Below are positions 51,954 through 64,000 of a stretch of DNA of 64,000 bases, one piece after another; within the stretch, counting starts at the first letter, position 1, and every line of letters begins with the position of its first letter. The stretch comes from Epiperipatus broadwayi (lineage: Eukaryota > Animalia > Onychophora). The notes under the pieces are model-generated. The model worked only from the letters and a program-made list of their open reading frames with translations, was not told the DNA's origin and did not search any database. Location of the stretch: the NCBI GenBank assembly GCA_028023455.1, contig JAQFVV010000004.1, positions 12,028,001-12,092,000 of the forward strand. The letters run 5' to 3'. The position numbers and the translations under genes are program-made.

Positions 51954-54900
51954 TAATATATTATTATATAATCTAACAGTAATGTTTTCATTAAAAAATA
52001 CAAAAGCAATAAAAGTAAAAGAATTAAATAAAAATAAGAAATCTCAAAAATAAAAATGGTTATTTATCTAAATATAAAATAGTAGTCATAAAAGTAGCCA
52101 ATATCAAAAAGCAAGTGAAATAAATGAATAGGAAGAGAGGATATTGAAGTAAAAATTTAAAAAAATCCAATTCCCAATTTATACATTTATTTAATGTATC
52201 AACTACAGCAATTACTGCAAATGAATTTATAGTTAATCCAAATATGAGATAGATTCAATCATGACTTTATTAAATCCTTTATTTCTATCATTGCATGAGG
52301 AAAATGGATCATCATAAGTGGTCACTTTGAATTAGTATTAAGTCTCACCAACTAAAAAGATTTGTCTATATTTTCTATTAGACAGCTTTTGAGGTCTGAG
52401 GACAAGAGTAACCACCACAATCAAAAGTGAACAAAAATGTTGCAGCAATATTTCTCACAGTAATATTTAATTGATTATTTAAAAATTAATCGTTAGCTAT
52501 TTTTATACAAATACAGTGGTAGAATATGCCATGCTAAGAAAATTAGAGTATTTGCACCACACCACAAATAGTTCCAAATAACTTTCTAAGAATGTAGGTG
52601 ATAAATAAGTCTAAAGCCAAAAATCATTTCAAAAGAGTCACAATTAGCTCATATTTCAGTTTATTTCTACAGAAATTTATGTTCAGTTTTTAGAAAGTCT
52701 ACTGTTACTTAAGTGAAGATGTTTTATCATTTATCACACTCAATGAAAGAGCTCTGATTGGCATCAAGTTGAGCTGTGCATATATTGATTTGAAACATGT
52801 CACGCCTTCATTACAACTACTTTAGATTTGCTCATATATAAACATTTGAGTCGTAAGGGTAAGAGAATTCTTTTTTACTCTTACACAAATACTATATCAT
52901 GTGGTTGTTCGAAGGTATTCATTTATTAATAACATTCTCACAGCGTCTGCGCAATTAGCTTAACAGGCTGTCATTCTATCGTAATTATAATCGCACGCAA
53001 GACGTTATAAAATAAATGTTTATTCATGAACTTAGAAAAAAATTTTGTTTCCTTATTTTCTAAATACAGTAAAATATATAGAATGTTTCTCAGCTTCCAT
53101 TTCATTGTAGTTAACAATTTCATAAAATACTGGGATAAGATAGTTCAAAACATGTAAAATTGACTCACAAAAAAGTTTATTTTAACACTGAGAGGCATTG
53201 GTTCAGAGAAGAATTTTCCAAACTCCACCAGCCTTTGTTCAAAGCTTTAGAAGAAAACATACAGAAGAAGAAGAAGATACTGAAGTTACAAAAATTATAA
53301 ATATCTAAAATATGTGGACCCTCAGTATTATATATATAATCCAATAAAACACATAAAAATCCTGCAAAAAATAATGGAATAGACTATTAGTTGGGAGTTG
53401 ATAAAAAGTTGAAGCATCAGAAGTGGCAGATATGGAACCATGTTTCCTGGAACTTAAGCTCCAATGTCCATCATTATATCATTGCATTAAAGCACGCTGA
53501 GGAAAAAATAAGCATTTGAATTGCTTATTACTTAAAAGCTCCTAAAAAGTTTGAGAACTGGAATAGCTAGATCTGGAGCCATGATTCATTGTTCTCAAGC
53601 TTTAAAAACTATTATGCTATTACTGTACTAAGGTGAAAAATCCTGTTAAAATTAAAAGCAAAGAACATTAAATTAATTACTGTTACAGAAAATCACACTC
53701 AACAAAATGCCAATAACTTAACAAATAAGAACTTTCTATTTCTGAAAAATTAATAATACAATTAGCTATAAATAGTACTATATAGAAATGTATTCACTGC
53801 CTCTGTTTTGACAAGATCACGTTATCAGGTTAAGATTTGGCAAAAACTATTGCAGATCAATATCAACTAACTATAAAAATACTATAGCACTTTTTGTCAA
53901 TTGCAGAATGAGGAATCTCTCCTCATTATTAAATGAATATTAACCATTAAGTTAATTAAACTATTTTTAAAACTCATAAATACATATAACATCAAACCAT
54001 ACATTATTATAATTATAACATTATAATGAGTGGACAAAGGTTGTTTTAATGTCACATTATTCTATTAACACAATTGTATTTAAATAATTATTAACATTTT
54101 GTCAATTACTATATTTTGTTAAATTAATTAATTAAATATTTATAATAAAAATAAATTAAGAACAATAAAAGACATAATATTACTGAAGTAGTGTTTTATA
54201 TTTCTTTTCTATAAAGTAATATTGGCATTTGATCTAAATTTTAAAAAAATGTCCAGACTAACTAAAATTCTTGTCAACAATTTCCTCTTTTCTATCAATT
54301 TTTACAGAGTTAATCAAACATAAAATATTGCACTTAATAATGACCTAGCTTAAAAGAATATTACGAATGTGATCTTCAACTCATACAAAGTAAATTTTTA
54401 TATGTCTGCAATAAGATTATCATATTTCTTATTTTGTTGTCTTAATTTCTTCACAAAACCTCTCTTTATCATTCGTGATAGTTGTGACTGTTTGGTAAGC
54501 CAATTGTAGCTTATAACCCATATCCATCATAGTCATGCATTACTCAGTTCAATCATTCTAATTTGTTATTTAAAGTCAGACACTTCTCCCAAAACATTTA
54601 ACCATAAAAGTACCCCAAAATAGTATTCAACCCGAGATAAAATCATTCACTGACAATAGATTAAATTTAATTAAGATTTGTGATGAGTATTTGACAAAAG
54701 AAGCTGATAAAAATGCATTAATAGCAACTGAAAATGATGTGTGTGTACAACTCATTTGTAAAGGAAAATATTTCTAATTTTGAAAATATGAAATCAAGAA
54801 AATAAAAATGTCATAAATAAACTTGTTTCAAATTTCTTGTTTATTACAATATTCTTTTTTATAATAAAAAGCAACATGTCTGTATATTTATTTCTTTTTG

Positions 54901-55089
54901 ATGACATTTTTTTTTAAATACAGATGTTGACTGCTGTTTTGCAATGAACTCCTTAGCATTATTCTTGATTATGATTGCTTTTTAATTAATATAAAAAAAT
55001 TAAAATAATTAATAGAAAAATACTAAGCATTATATTTAATAATAGTCTATAAATTGGAAAATTATTAATTAGTTATATATAAAAATGTT

Positions 55090-55671
55090 ATAGTGTGGAG
55101 AGTGGTGGGTGGTGTTTGAAAGTCTGTGCTCATATACTCTATATATTACATATATAGACACAGGTATATAATAAGCCTGTGTGTTTCAGTTATTACATTG
55201 TAGAGATGTCTGCCCATCCCTTGTATATGTATTAAATGGATTATGTCATGTACATGAGGGGTCAGATTAACCTTAGGTCAACATGGGTGTGACAAGAATC
55301 TCAGCCTCAGGGGGCCTTTGAGCATTCCATCATCAGATTTTCAAGTGGATGGACGGTTGAAGAGTTGGAGTGTGGAGCAGATTGAAGCCTGTCCATTAAA
55401 GTATGAGGTTTGGCTATTTTAATATATATCTGAGCACTTATAGCATATATGTGTGGAGATGGTAATCTGAACCAACTGATGATTGCTGGTTTAGCATGAA
55501 ATACGTATATTGGTGATTATTTATCTTTTCAACATATATGTGTTTGAGTGTATCAGTGTTATGAGATAGTGTGGAGAGTGATGGGTGGTGTTTGAAAGTC
55601 TGTGCTCATATACCCTATATATTACATATATAGACACAGGTATATACTAAGCCTGTGTGTTTCAGTTATTA
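55090..55671 (+). mobile_element. Retrozyme-like element: 476-bp monomer plus ~105-bp head-to-tail repeat (about 1.2 units)
   Basis: 55090-55195 is repeated at 55566-55671 (period 476); non-coding; contains a hammerhead. Confidence 0.92.
55471..55514 (+). ncRNA. Type I hammerhead ribozyme, intact core; predicted cleavage after 55509 (AUA)
   Basis: Stem I ACCAA/UUGGU, extended by AGAUGGUAAUC/GAUUAUUUAUCU across a 3-nt bulge; core CUGAUGA and GAAA; palindromic AUACGUAU stem III. Confidence 0.88.
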
Positions 55672-56267
55672 AAATACATCAATGCTGAAAAGTGTTTGCG
55701 TGCATTCTAGAAGGAATATTAAAGCAAAAAAGTCATTACTGTGAGGTTCTACCATAATCAGTGCATTAATGTCTGAAAGTATATAACTGTTAAAGTTATA
55801 TTTGAAATAAACTAATGAATAATTACAGGATCATGTCGTCAGAAACAAAAATAAAGATTTTTTTTTTGTCTTTATCACCCACTTAATTTTACAAAATTTC
55901 CTAAAGAGTCACCAAAATTAGTACCCCCCCTCCCCACAGATAACAACCATTGGTAATTAAAACGATATGTTTAATACATTTATCAGTAAGTAAAACGCTA
56001 CAAAATACTAGATAATATGAATAGATTATAAAATAAAAAATAGCCATCTTTACATAAAGCAATATTTGATTAAATGACCAAGAGAAAAAAAGAATATCTC
56101 AATTTAATTTCCATAATTCTTCAATTCTTAATTGCTATGCTAAATAAAAACATAAAATTAGTTAAGTGTAACAATAGCATATGAATAAAAACAAAATTTA
56201 AACAATTTATTAAAATTTCCCCCAAAATATTTTATAGTATATTCTTAAATCTTCTTATTTGATCTAG

Positions 56268-56980
56268 AATAAATCAATACTAGTATATTGTAAATATCAA
56301 CCTTAAGACATAATTAAAGGTGATTTGAACATAGACTTTCAAGCACCTTCAGCTATCCACTCTATCTTATATAACCAATACATATGACCACATACATGTG
56401 AAAAAGATAAATGACCTCCAATATATGTATTTTGTGCAGAAACAGCACTCATTAATTGGTCCACATCATCATCTCCCACACACATATATAATCAGTGTTC
56501 AGTTTATATTAAAATATCTTTAAACTTTAATGGACACACTTCAATCCTCTCCATCCTCCAACAACTTAAGTCATCCACATTATTGAAAATCTGATAATGG
56601 ATATTGTTGATAATGGATATTGTTGATAATGACATTGTTGATGCCAATATTGTTGTCATACCCATGTTAAACTTAAGTCACTCTGACGCCTCGTATATAT
56701 GGCCTTAATATGTCCATTTAAATATCCTTGAGGGATGGGCAGAATTCAGGCTGAATCTGTAATAAATCAATACTAGTATATAGTAAATATCGAACCTTAA
56801 TATGTAATTAAGCGGGATTTAAACACAGACTTTCAAGCTTCCTTCAGCGATCCACTTCATCTTATATAACCGATACACATGACTACATATATGTGAAAAA
56901 AATACATGATCTCCAATATGCGGAATTCGTGCTGAAACAGCACTCATCAGTTGATCCAAACCATCATTTCTTACACATAG
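56268..56980 (-). mobile_element. Subfamily B partial tandem (period ~493 bp) with two decayed hammerheads (56417-56460, 56912-56955)
   Basis: aataaatcaatactagtata at 56268 and 56761; collinear with but clearly diverged from subfamily A; cores UUAAUGA...AAAA and CUGAUGA...GAAU. Confidence 0.88.
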
Positions 56981-58699
56981 ATAAAAATAAATTTAATGAA
57001 ATTCTACTTAAACACAAAATTCTCCTTTGTAATATAAAATATTTAATTCAGATTTTCTAGACAGTATCGATTAAATTAAAATATCGATAATTTTATTTAC
57101 TTATTACCCCCCCCTCCCTTCCTGAAATAAACAATATATTCTATTTTTTATTTGTTTACATTTTAATGCCGTAAAAATTCATTAAAGTTTATAATAAAGA
57201 TGAAATGCAGATAAAATTGAAATCCTAAAATAAATTCAGTTAAGAGTGCAACAAGTAATGGCAAAGTATAACAATCAAGCATTACTCAATCTGTCTCCAG
57301 GAAGCTACATATATTTATTATATTTAATGGTTTTGTTTAAACCAAAAACAACCATAAAATATATCTTAAAATTAATTTCAAATATGCTTATCTGAATATG
57401 TATCTGAATTTCGTAAGGTTTCAGCAAATACATATTAACATCAGAATATATATATATTACTTCAAAAAAGAGAGAGATATTTGAAGATCAAATATCACAT
57501 GCATTAATTTTATAATCTTTAAACGAAATGGGAAATAAATAATGAAAGCAACAAAAAATATTTTAATTCTAGTTTTCTCATTCACCTTAAATCACAAAAA
57601 ACAATTTTTCAAGTGAAACATAAAAATTCTTTTTTAAAATATACATATAGTTAGTATTGAAGGAAATATATAAAAAAGCAAATTTCTACATCTAGAAATC
57701 AACATTGAATGTCATTAAAAATTAAAAGAAATGCTGATTACAAATAGGCGGAAGACTCTAAGATAATGAGTCTTTACATGAAATAATTTCCTTTTTAGAG
57801 TTTTTTTTTTTTTAAAAAAATATTTCCCATCATCATTATTTTATTTTTTAAATATATATTTCGTTCTAAAATTAAACTGAAACAGATTGTTTTTATTTTT
57901 AATAATAACAAAGGTCTTAAACAATATATATATATAAGTTTGTTACTAAAAGTAAAGCAGATTGAATTACCTTGATCATCACATTGCCAACTTAGACTTA
58001 AAGGTATGATAAAAATGTCTAATTAACTTTAAACCATGAGATCTTAGTTAGATAAAGGGATTAAAAAGATGTCAAAAATTGCAAATTTCTGTTATTTCTT
58101 GGTTGTGTTATCCAATGTGTGTCGTTACATTCTCCTCTCCTGTGCAAAAATTAACACACTTAAATGCTGCACTAAAATAAAATTAAAGAAATCATAAGTG
58201 CAGATGACATATAAAATATGTATACTGAATAATGGTATATGTCGCTGCTACTCATCATCAATAGGCATAAATAATAAATTAGCTTCAATGTATGGTCATG
58301 TGTATCGATTGCTTGAGATAGAGTGGAGAATGAAAAGACTATAAAATCCTAAGTTCAAATTCCTCTATTTATATATATATAAAAACATTCAGCATAAATA
58401 AATTACATACTGCCTTAGAATTATATATAATCATTTGTAAATGAATGAAAACCATAATTATAAATAATAGTAAATAATTATCAATATTTTGAAATTGGCT
58501 CTAAATATTGCATAAAATCCTTCAATGAAATGTACTCATAAAGAAAGAAGTTTGTTGTTAACTGAAGGAAGATCCACTGATTCCTTTTTGAGATCTTAGA
58601 AGAATTGAGCATGCCCATATATATTCTTTCCATTTTTCTTCAAATGATAAATCAATATGAATAGATTATTCACTAAAACACATCAGCCAACATGGAGAG

Positions 58700-59560
58700 A
58701 TTATTAGATTTTTATTATCGAGTTGAAGTTTAAGAAACATCATGCTCTTTCATCTTAATTGCCAGATAGTTCTTAACTGAAATATCAGTTGAGTTTAAAG
58801 CAGGGTAAATGTATGAATGAATGACCTTTTTCAAAATAGATAGTTACAATAATAACAGCCTCTAAAGTTGCCAGACAATGTAACTGTTAATGGGCAAAAG
58901 CAATGGGTAGTAAGAATCACTGAGCACAAACCCAGATTGCTACTTAATGACAACTTTTTACTTGTCTACAATTGCAAGAAAAACTTTCAACTGAAAGAAA
59001 ATTGCCCAAATGTGAAAAACTAGATTGTAGTAGATGGAACATTAATGGACTTCATGAAGTTAAAAGAAATGGTGAAGAAACAATTAATTTAAAAAGTTGA
59101 CATTACATTACTGAAAATGCACAAATATGGGAAGCCCAAGTGGAATGAGGTTCACTATAAATAAAAAGTGGAAGAAAAACATTGTAAAGATTGGTTGTAT
59201 ATCAGACAGATTGAATGCACAAACTCCTTTTGATCAGATGAAGAAACATTTTATGAATTCTCATAGAAGACTTGAACATTAAAATTGGTAAACATCTTTT
59301 AAAAGTGCTGTAAATAAAATTATCTATGGGAACTGAAATGAGAGAAGATAGTGAGTTATAGAATTTACAGAGAAAAAAAACTGTACCATTATTTGAGAAA
59401 AATGCTAACCTAATGGATGGCCTTTGATAAATTATTATAGATTCCATGATAAATGTACTGCAGTCAATGTTATTTGGAGAAAAATTAATGCTGCTTTTGA
59501 AATTTGCAAGAATGATTGCTGAGTTATGAATTGCAAAACCCACCAGTTAATTAAACAGTA
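58700..59560 (+). mobile_element. Degenerate LINE ORF1-end/ORF2-start remnant
   Basis: 'YNCKK...ENCP' knuckle-like segment followed by 'RWNINGLHEVKR' (APE N-terminal WNxNGL motif). Confidence 0.4.
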
Positions 59561-60039
59561 AAATATTATTAAAATCTGCAGCAGTAAATGTTAATTTGTC
59601 ATTATCAAAAAGAAAACATATTGAATACTTCACATGTAATATTGTCAGCAATTTCAATTAGTTATCTGCTAAGAACTTTGGAAACTGCTCTTCAATTGGA
59701 TCCAATGTATATTGTTTGTCCTGCTATAAATTGTCTATATGTCTACTAACATCTATTCATTTTACAATTATCATCATTATTTTTGTACATGTCTAAGAGG
59801 CATTATTTACAGACTGTACTATGAACTTTTATTTTCCAGCTAAAGAATATTTAATCATTTTTTTTATTGTTAGTATATGGTAGATCAATTTATTTGTCTT
59901 TATATATATTTTTTATTGTTTTCTTTTGCTCCAAGATCATCTCAGATATGTATAATATAAGTATTATACTGGGTAATTGATTATCATTTAAATGAAATTT
60001 TTTTATGTGCATGTATTCTATATGCTTACATTAGTGATA

Positions 60040-60135
60040 GAAATATTTATTTGCTATTATGAAGTTAGCAGCTAATATAAAGGAGGAGAAATATTTATTT
60101 ACTATTATGAAGCTAGCAGCTAATCTAAAGGAGGT
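60040..60135. repeat. 48-bp tandem duplication
   Basis: gaaatatttattt..tattatgaag.tagcagctaat.taaaggagg present twice. Confidence 0.9.
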
Positions 60136-61434
60136 AAATGCATAAAAAGTATTGCCGTATCTTTGCATTATCAGGGGATGAGGTATACTTAAAAAATTGA
60201 AACATTTATAGCTCATCATAAATTAAAATTTTATTTCGATTTATTAATTATTATTAAATACATAAAAATATTGTTTTTATCTTTGCATTGTTAGAGATAG
60301 TGAAGTTTGTTTGTCAAAAGTTGAAGCATTTATAATTCATCATGAATTAGAGATTTATTTTGGATTTATTAGTTAATGTTGGTATAATATCTATGTATTG
60401 AATATGATTTGAAATTATTTTATGCATTGTTATGTGTGTGTGTGCCTGTTTTGTGTGATTAATTTATATAATTGTTAAATTTACAGTTGCTTATTTGTAT
60501 TTTTCTAGTCAGTTTCAGATGATGTGATATGCCAAAAGAAGTGAAAGAATTAGGAATTTATCTAAGAATGAATTTTTTTTAATGTTTAGAATGAAATGTG
60601 TTAAGTAGCTAAAAGGAAAGAAATCATTTAGGATATATATTATATTGTCAGGGATTGAGAGAACTCTTCCTTAGTTTATTTAAATACTTATCATGAGTCA
60701 TATTTCCTAGGTTAAGCATTTGTGCATTATGATGATTATGTTATATGAAGTGAAGCAGTGTATTTCCCTTGTTTTTGGTAATGATATTGAGTTCACACCA
60801 ATATTGAACCTCTGAGTAAGGTTAGGCAGTCACTATATTTTATTGTTTAGATTAGTAGAATTAAGAAGATTCCCGTTGTCCCTCATGTGTCCATTTTGGA
60901 ATGTGTTCCCATTGTATATTCATAGCTATGTGTAATGTAGTTTGCTAATAAAAATAAAAGGTAGGATTAATTTCTTTTATTGAACATCTAAAGTAGAAGT
61001 AGTGTTAAAGTCATTGGTTGGTCTATGGCATCATCCATATTATGTTATTTAAACTCTTAATTTCATAAGCAAACCAATGGGATGTAGCTGTGTTAATTAT
61101 ATTATAACAGGTGGAATAATACAGAAGCACACATGAAATACTATTGATTCTGGAGAAATTTATCACTGGATTTGTAAGTCTTGGGTAGATATTTCAAATC
61201 ATATCATACTAATTTATTTTAAATTTTAAATCATCAAATCCTCAGAATGATTCATCCTCATTTTGAATGAGCAAACAGAAAAAAATAGGAAAAGAATGTG
61301 TAGCTAGTTAATAAAATTGTTCAACCGACTTATAAAAGATAGGGTGACCTCTCTAACTCATATGTTTAAATCCATATTGCATTGTTTGATAACCCTAGTG
61401 TTAGCTTGGTTGACAGAGCATATTACAATTAACT

Positions 61435-61798
61435 AGTAACATGTATATGTTTGAAGCAAAAGCACAAAGAAGTTTATTTTAATATTTAATTACTCCAATG
61501 TTAGTCTGTTCAGTAATGAATACTGGAAGTAGCTGCTAACATGTATCTGTTTGAAGCAAAAATACAAAGAAGTTTAATTACTCCAGTGCTAGTTTGTTAA
61601 TAAATGTTTAATAAAACATATTAGAATCGGCTGGTAACATGTATACATTTGAAGAGAATTACAAAGAAGTTTATTTTAATGTTTAATTACTCCAATATTA
61701 GTCTGTTCAGTAAGAAATACTGGAAGTGGCTGCTAATATGTATCTGTTTAAAGCAAAAGTACAAAGAAGTTTATTTTAATGTTCAATTACTCCAATGT
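61435..61798. repeat. Minisatellite, four ~99-bp units
   Basis: Units start taa(c/t)atgtat at 61437, 61537, 61635 and 61734. Confidence 0.88.
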
Positions 61799-63062
61799 AT
61801 AAAGAAAAGTATAAATTGTTATTTTGACTACACAATGTAATAAATATTTTATTCATTAAAAACTTTGTTGAGAGTTATTCTTTTACATGCATTCATATTC
61901 TTAGTTTCAACACCTACATACCCAATATGGTATAATTGCACTATTTCATGAACTTAATAATGAACATGTTCAAATCTGGTGATATTATTTTTTCGATCCA
62001 AACATTATATGAAATGTCTAATTATTTGATGAACTTCTCGGGAAGTTTATGGACTTAATTATTATTTAGATAATGATTTGAAATAAAAAGGTACCCTATT
62101 TCTTTCGTTACTACTATTCCATTGGAATACTCAATTTTATGTCATTATCTTTTATGATGGTAATTAGTAGCTATTATATAGTATGAATTTTTAAATAAGT
62201 TATGTAATAAAATCCCTGAGATATTCCATTATTGTTTCCAAGCAGATATTAACTTAGTCATTTAACTTCAACTTCTCATATAGTAAAAGTTGATTAGTGC
62301 TGTATCTTTGTTTTATTTAATTTAAGCGTATCATATAGTAAAGTTAATTAATGTTATATCTTTGCTTTATTTAATTTAAACTTATTATTACAGTATAAGT
62401 TGCTTAGTGCATTTAGATGATGGAAGAAGGTAAACTTGAACTATAACTTATTAGTTTGGATGGATGGAATTTTATCAATTTCAACTACTTATTTATTGCA
62501 AAACCAAGTAGATATTTTACTCTTATTGATTCATAACATTTCCTCCTACATCTCATTTGCATTATACCCATTATAGAACTCTGTGACTCCCACTGAGCTA
62601 AGCCATAGTTGGACAGTATTCTAAGAGTCTCAATAGTAACTTAAAGTAGAGTCAGATTAGCAGTTTATTCTATTGTCAATAGAATTGGTGCCCTGGGTAT
62701 TTATTCATAGGAGATGTAGGCTTGGTGTTGAGGGAGAGTTACAATATATATGAATTACTGACAAATGTTTGCTTATATATTTTCAACATTTATTTATCCA
62801 TTTATCAAAAATCACCTATTCTGAAGAACAATTCGCAATATTTTAAAAACAGTTTCTCTAAACATATTTAGAATCCCAGTAAACAGATTTATTATAAAAT
62901 TATGCCAAATAAAAGCAAAAGTGCATCTGAAAGTTTATAGTCTAAGCTTTCTGATGCAGCCAAAATTCTATGATTGTCAAAGCAACCTGAAAGAATCTTT
63001 AAATTAAAGTATCACATCATTATAACTAATAATTTAGTTAAACGATTGCATTATTTTGTCTT

Positions 63063-63173
63063 GCGTTGTTAGCCGAGAGGTATTGCAGCCGCCATGCAAG
63101 CAAGTAGTTGGTTGCAGACGGTTGTGGGTTCGCGTCCCGGCCGATGCTATGACATATGAAAAAAAAAAAAAAA
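63063..63173 (+). mobile_element. tRNA-derived SINE head with A-rich tail (not a functional tRNA)
   Basis: A-box TAGCCGAGAGG, B-box GGTTCGCGTCC, partial acceptor pairing GCGUUG/CGAUGC, followed by tatgacatatg(A)15; CpG-rich. Confidence 0.7.
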
Positions 63174-64000
63174 TAGTAATGAGTTCACTTAAAAGCTATA
63201 TATTACAGCTGTTTTTTACATCTCGTCTTAATAAACTAATGGCCTAAAAATTGAATCCAAGGCAACTTGCTTATCAAGTATGCTTTTAATTAATTAATAG
63301 TTGATAGATATGACTAAAACATATATTACCTATTATCTGTCCTAATTACAGATCCTTATAGTTAGTTTTGGATTTAAAATTGTATACCATTTAAAAATTT
63401 CAAATTAAAAGTTAGGACAGTATAAAAAATAATAATGTCTTCTGCAGTATAAAAAGTAATAGTGTCTTCTGGAAATGTATAAGCAAACAAGTGTTCTTCA
63501 CTGAAGAATGCTAATCCTAACCTTTAGGGTTGCTATAACTGACACTTCCTTATGGTATTTATTGTCAATTCATAATCATCTACATTCTTTTTGAATATGC
63601 TGATCTTTTCTAAACAGTTTGGGAATCATTGCCTTAAATACTGAAATGATGCAGAAATTGTTATATGATATTTTCTCAGTTATAAAAAATTTAATTGTGG
63701 AAGAAGATCTAGAATAGTTAATGAGAGATAAGTGATCTTAATTTATTATAAGCGGATTCATGCAAAATTAACTACAGTTAGGAATTTATGAAAAGTATTT
63801 AATAGTAGGCTTAAAGTTCATTTAACACTAAATAACTTCAGAAATATGTAAAACTTTTGAAGTCAAATTTAGTTGTACATTTTTGCAACAGATATGAATT
63901 TATTTTTCTGGACTCATTATATTTTTCCTGGATGATAGTTAATCCAATCTTTTAATGGCATCATAAAAGAGGATAAAAAATAACTTACATACATGATTAG

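Noticed and set aside
61435-61798. CRISPR-like array
   Set aside because: Eukaryotic context, no unique spacers and no cas genes; it is a minisatellite.
63063-63147. Functional tRNA gene
   Set aside because: Mismatched acceptor and T stems, no clean anticodon arm, A-rich tail, and a second dispersed copy; treated as a SINE.

Overview
Very AT-rich eukaryotic, probably invertebrate animal, genomic DNA. CpG looks depleted by eye, and CpG-type decay is visible between paired repeat arms. The window is mostly layered transposon debris, with only a few weakly supported host exons (about 17-23.5 kb, + strand). Penelope-like elements (PLEs; RT + GIY-YIG endonuclease) with inverted pseudo-LTR (pLTR) arms lie at 28.9-33.2 kb, 41.2-46.7 kb (nested) and 44.1-45.6 kb, with a fragment at 20.7 kb. 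Degenerate LINE, Gypsy, DNA-transposon and tRNA-SINE remnants are also present. The main find is a non-coding, ~476-bp repeat family present at eight or more loci. It carries a type I hammerhead ribozyme (CUGAUGA...GAAA, palindromic minimal stem III), and occurs as a head-to-tail partial tandem, as fold-back and head-to-head inversions, and with clustered 3' ends. This fits a retrozyme-like, non-autonomous element that probably borrows the co-resident Penelope RT; those PLEs carry their own atypical hammerheads, one with a U3-A8 core. A second highlight is a 2,566-bp insertion with a 7-bp target-site duplication (TSD) that splits a PLE ORF in the RT-endonuclease linker. Removing it restores the reading frame, and it has in-phase splice signals near both ends. 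All alignments, translations and foldings were done by eye; no database search or folding program was run.
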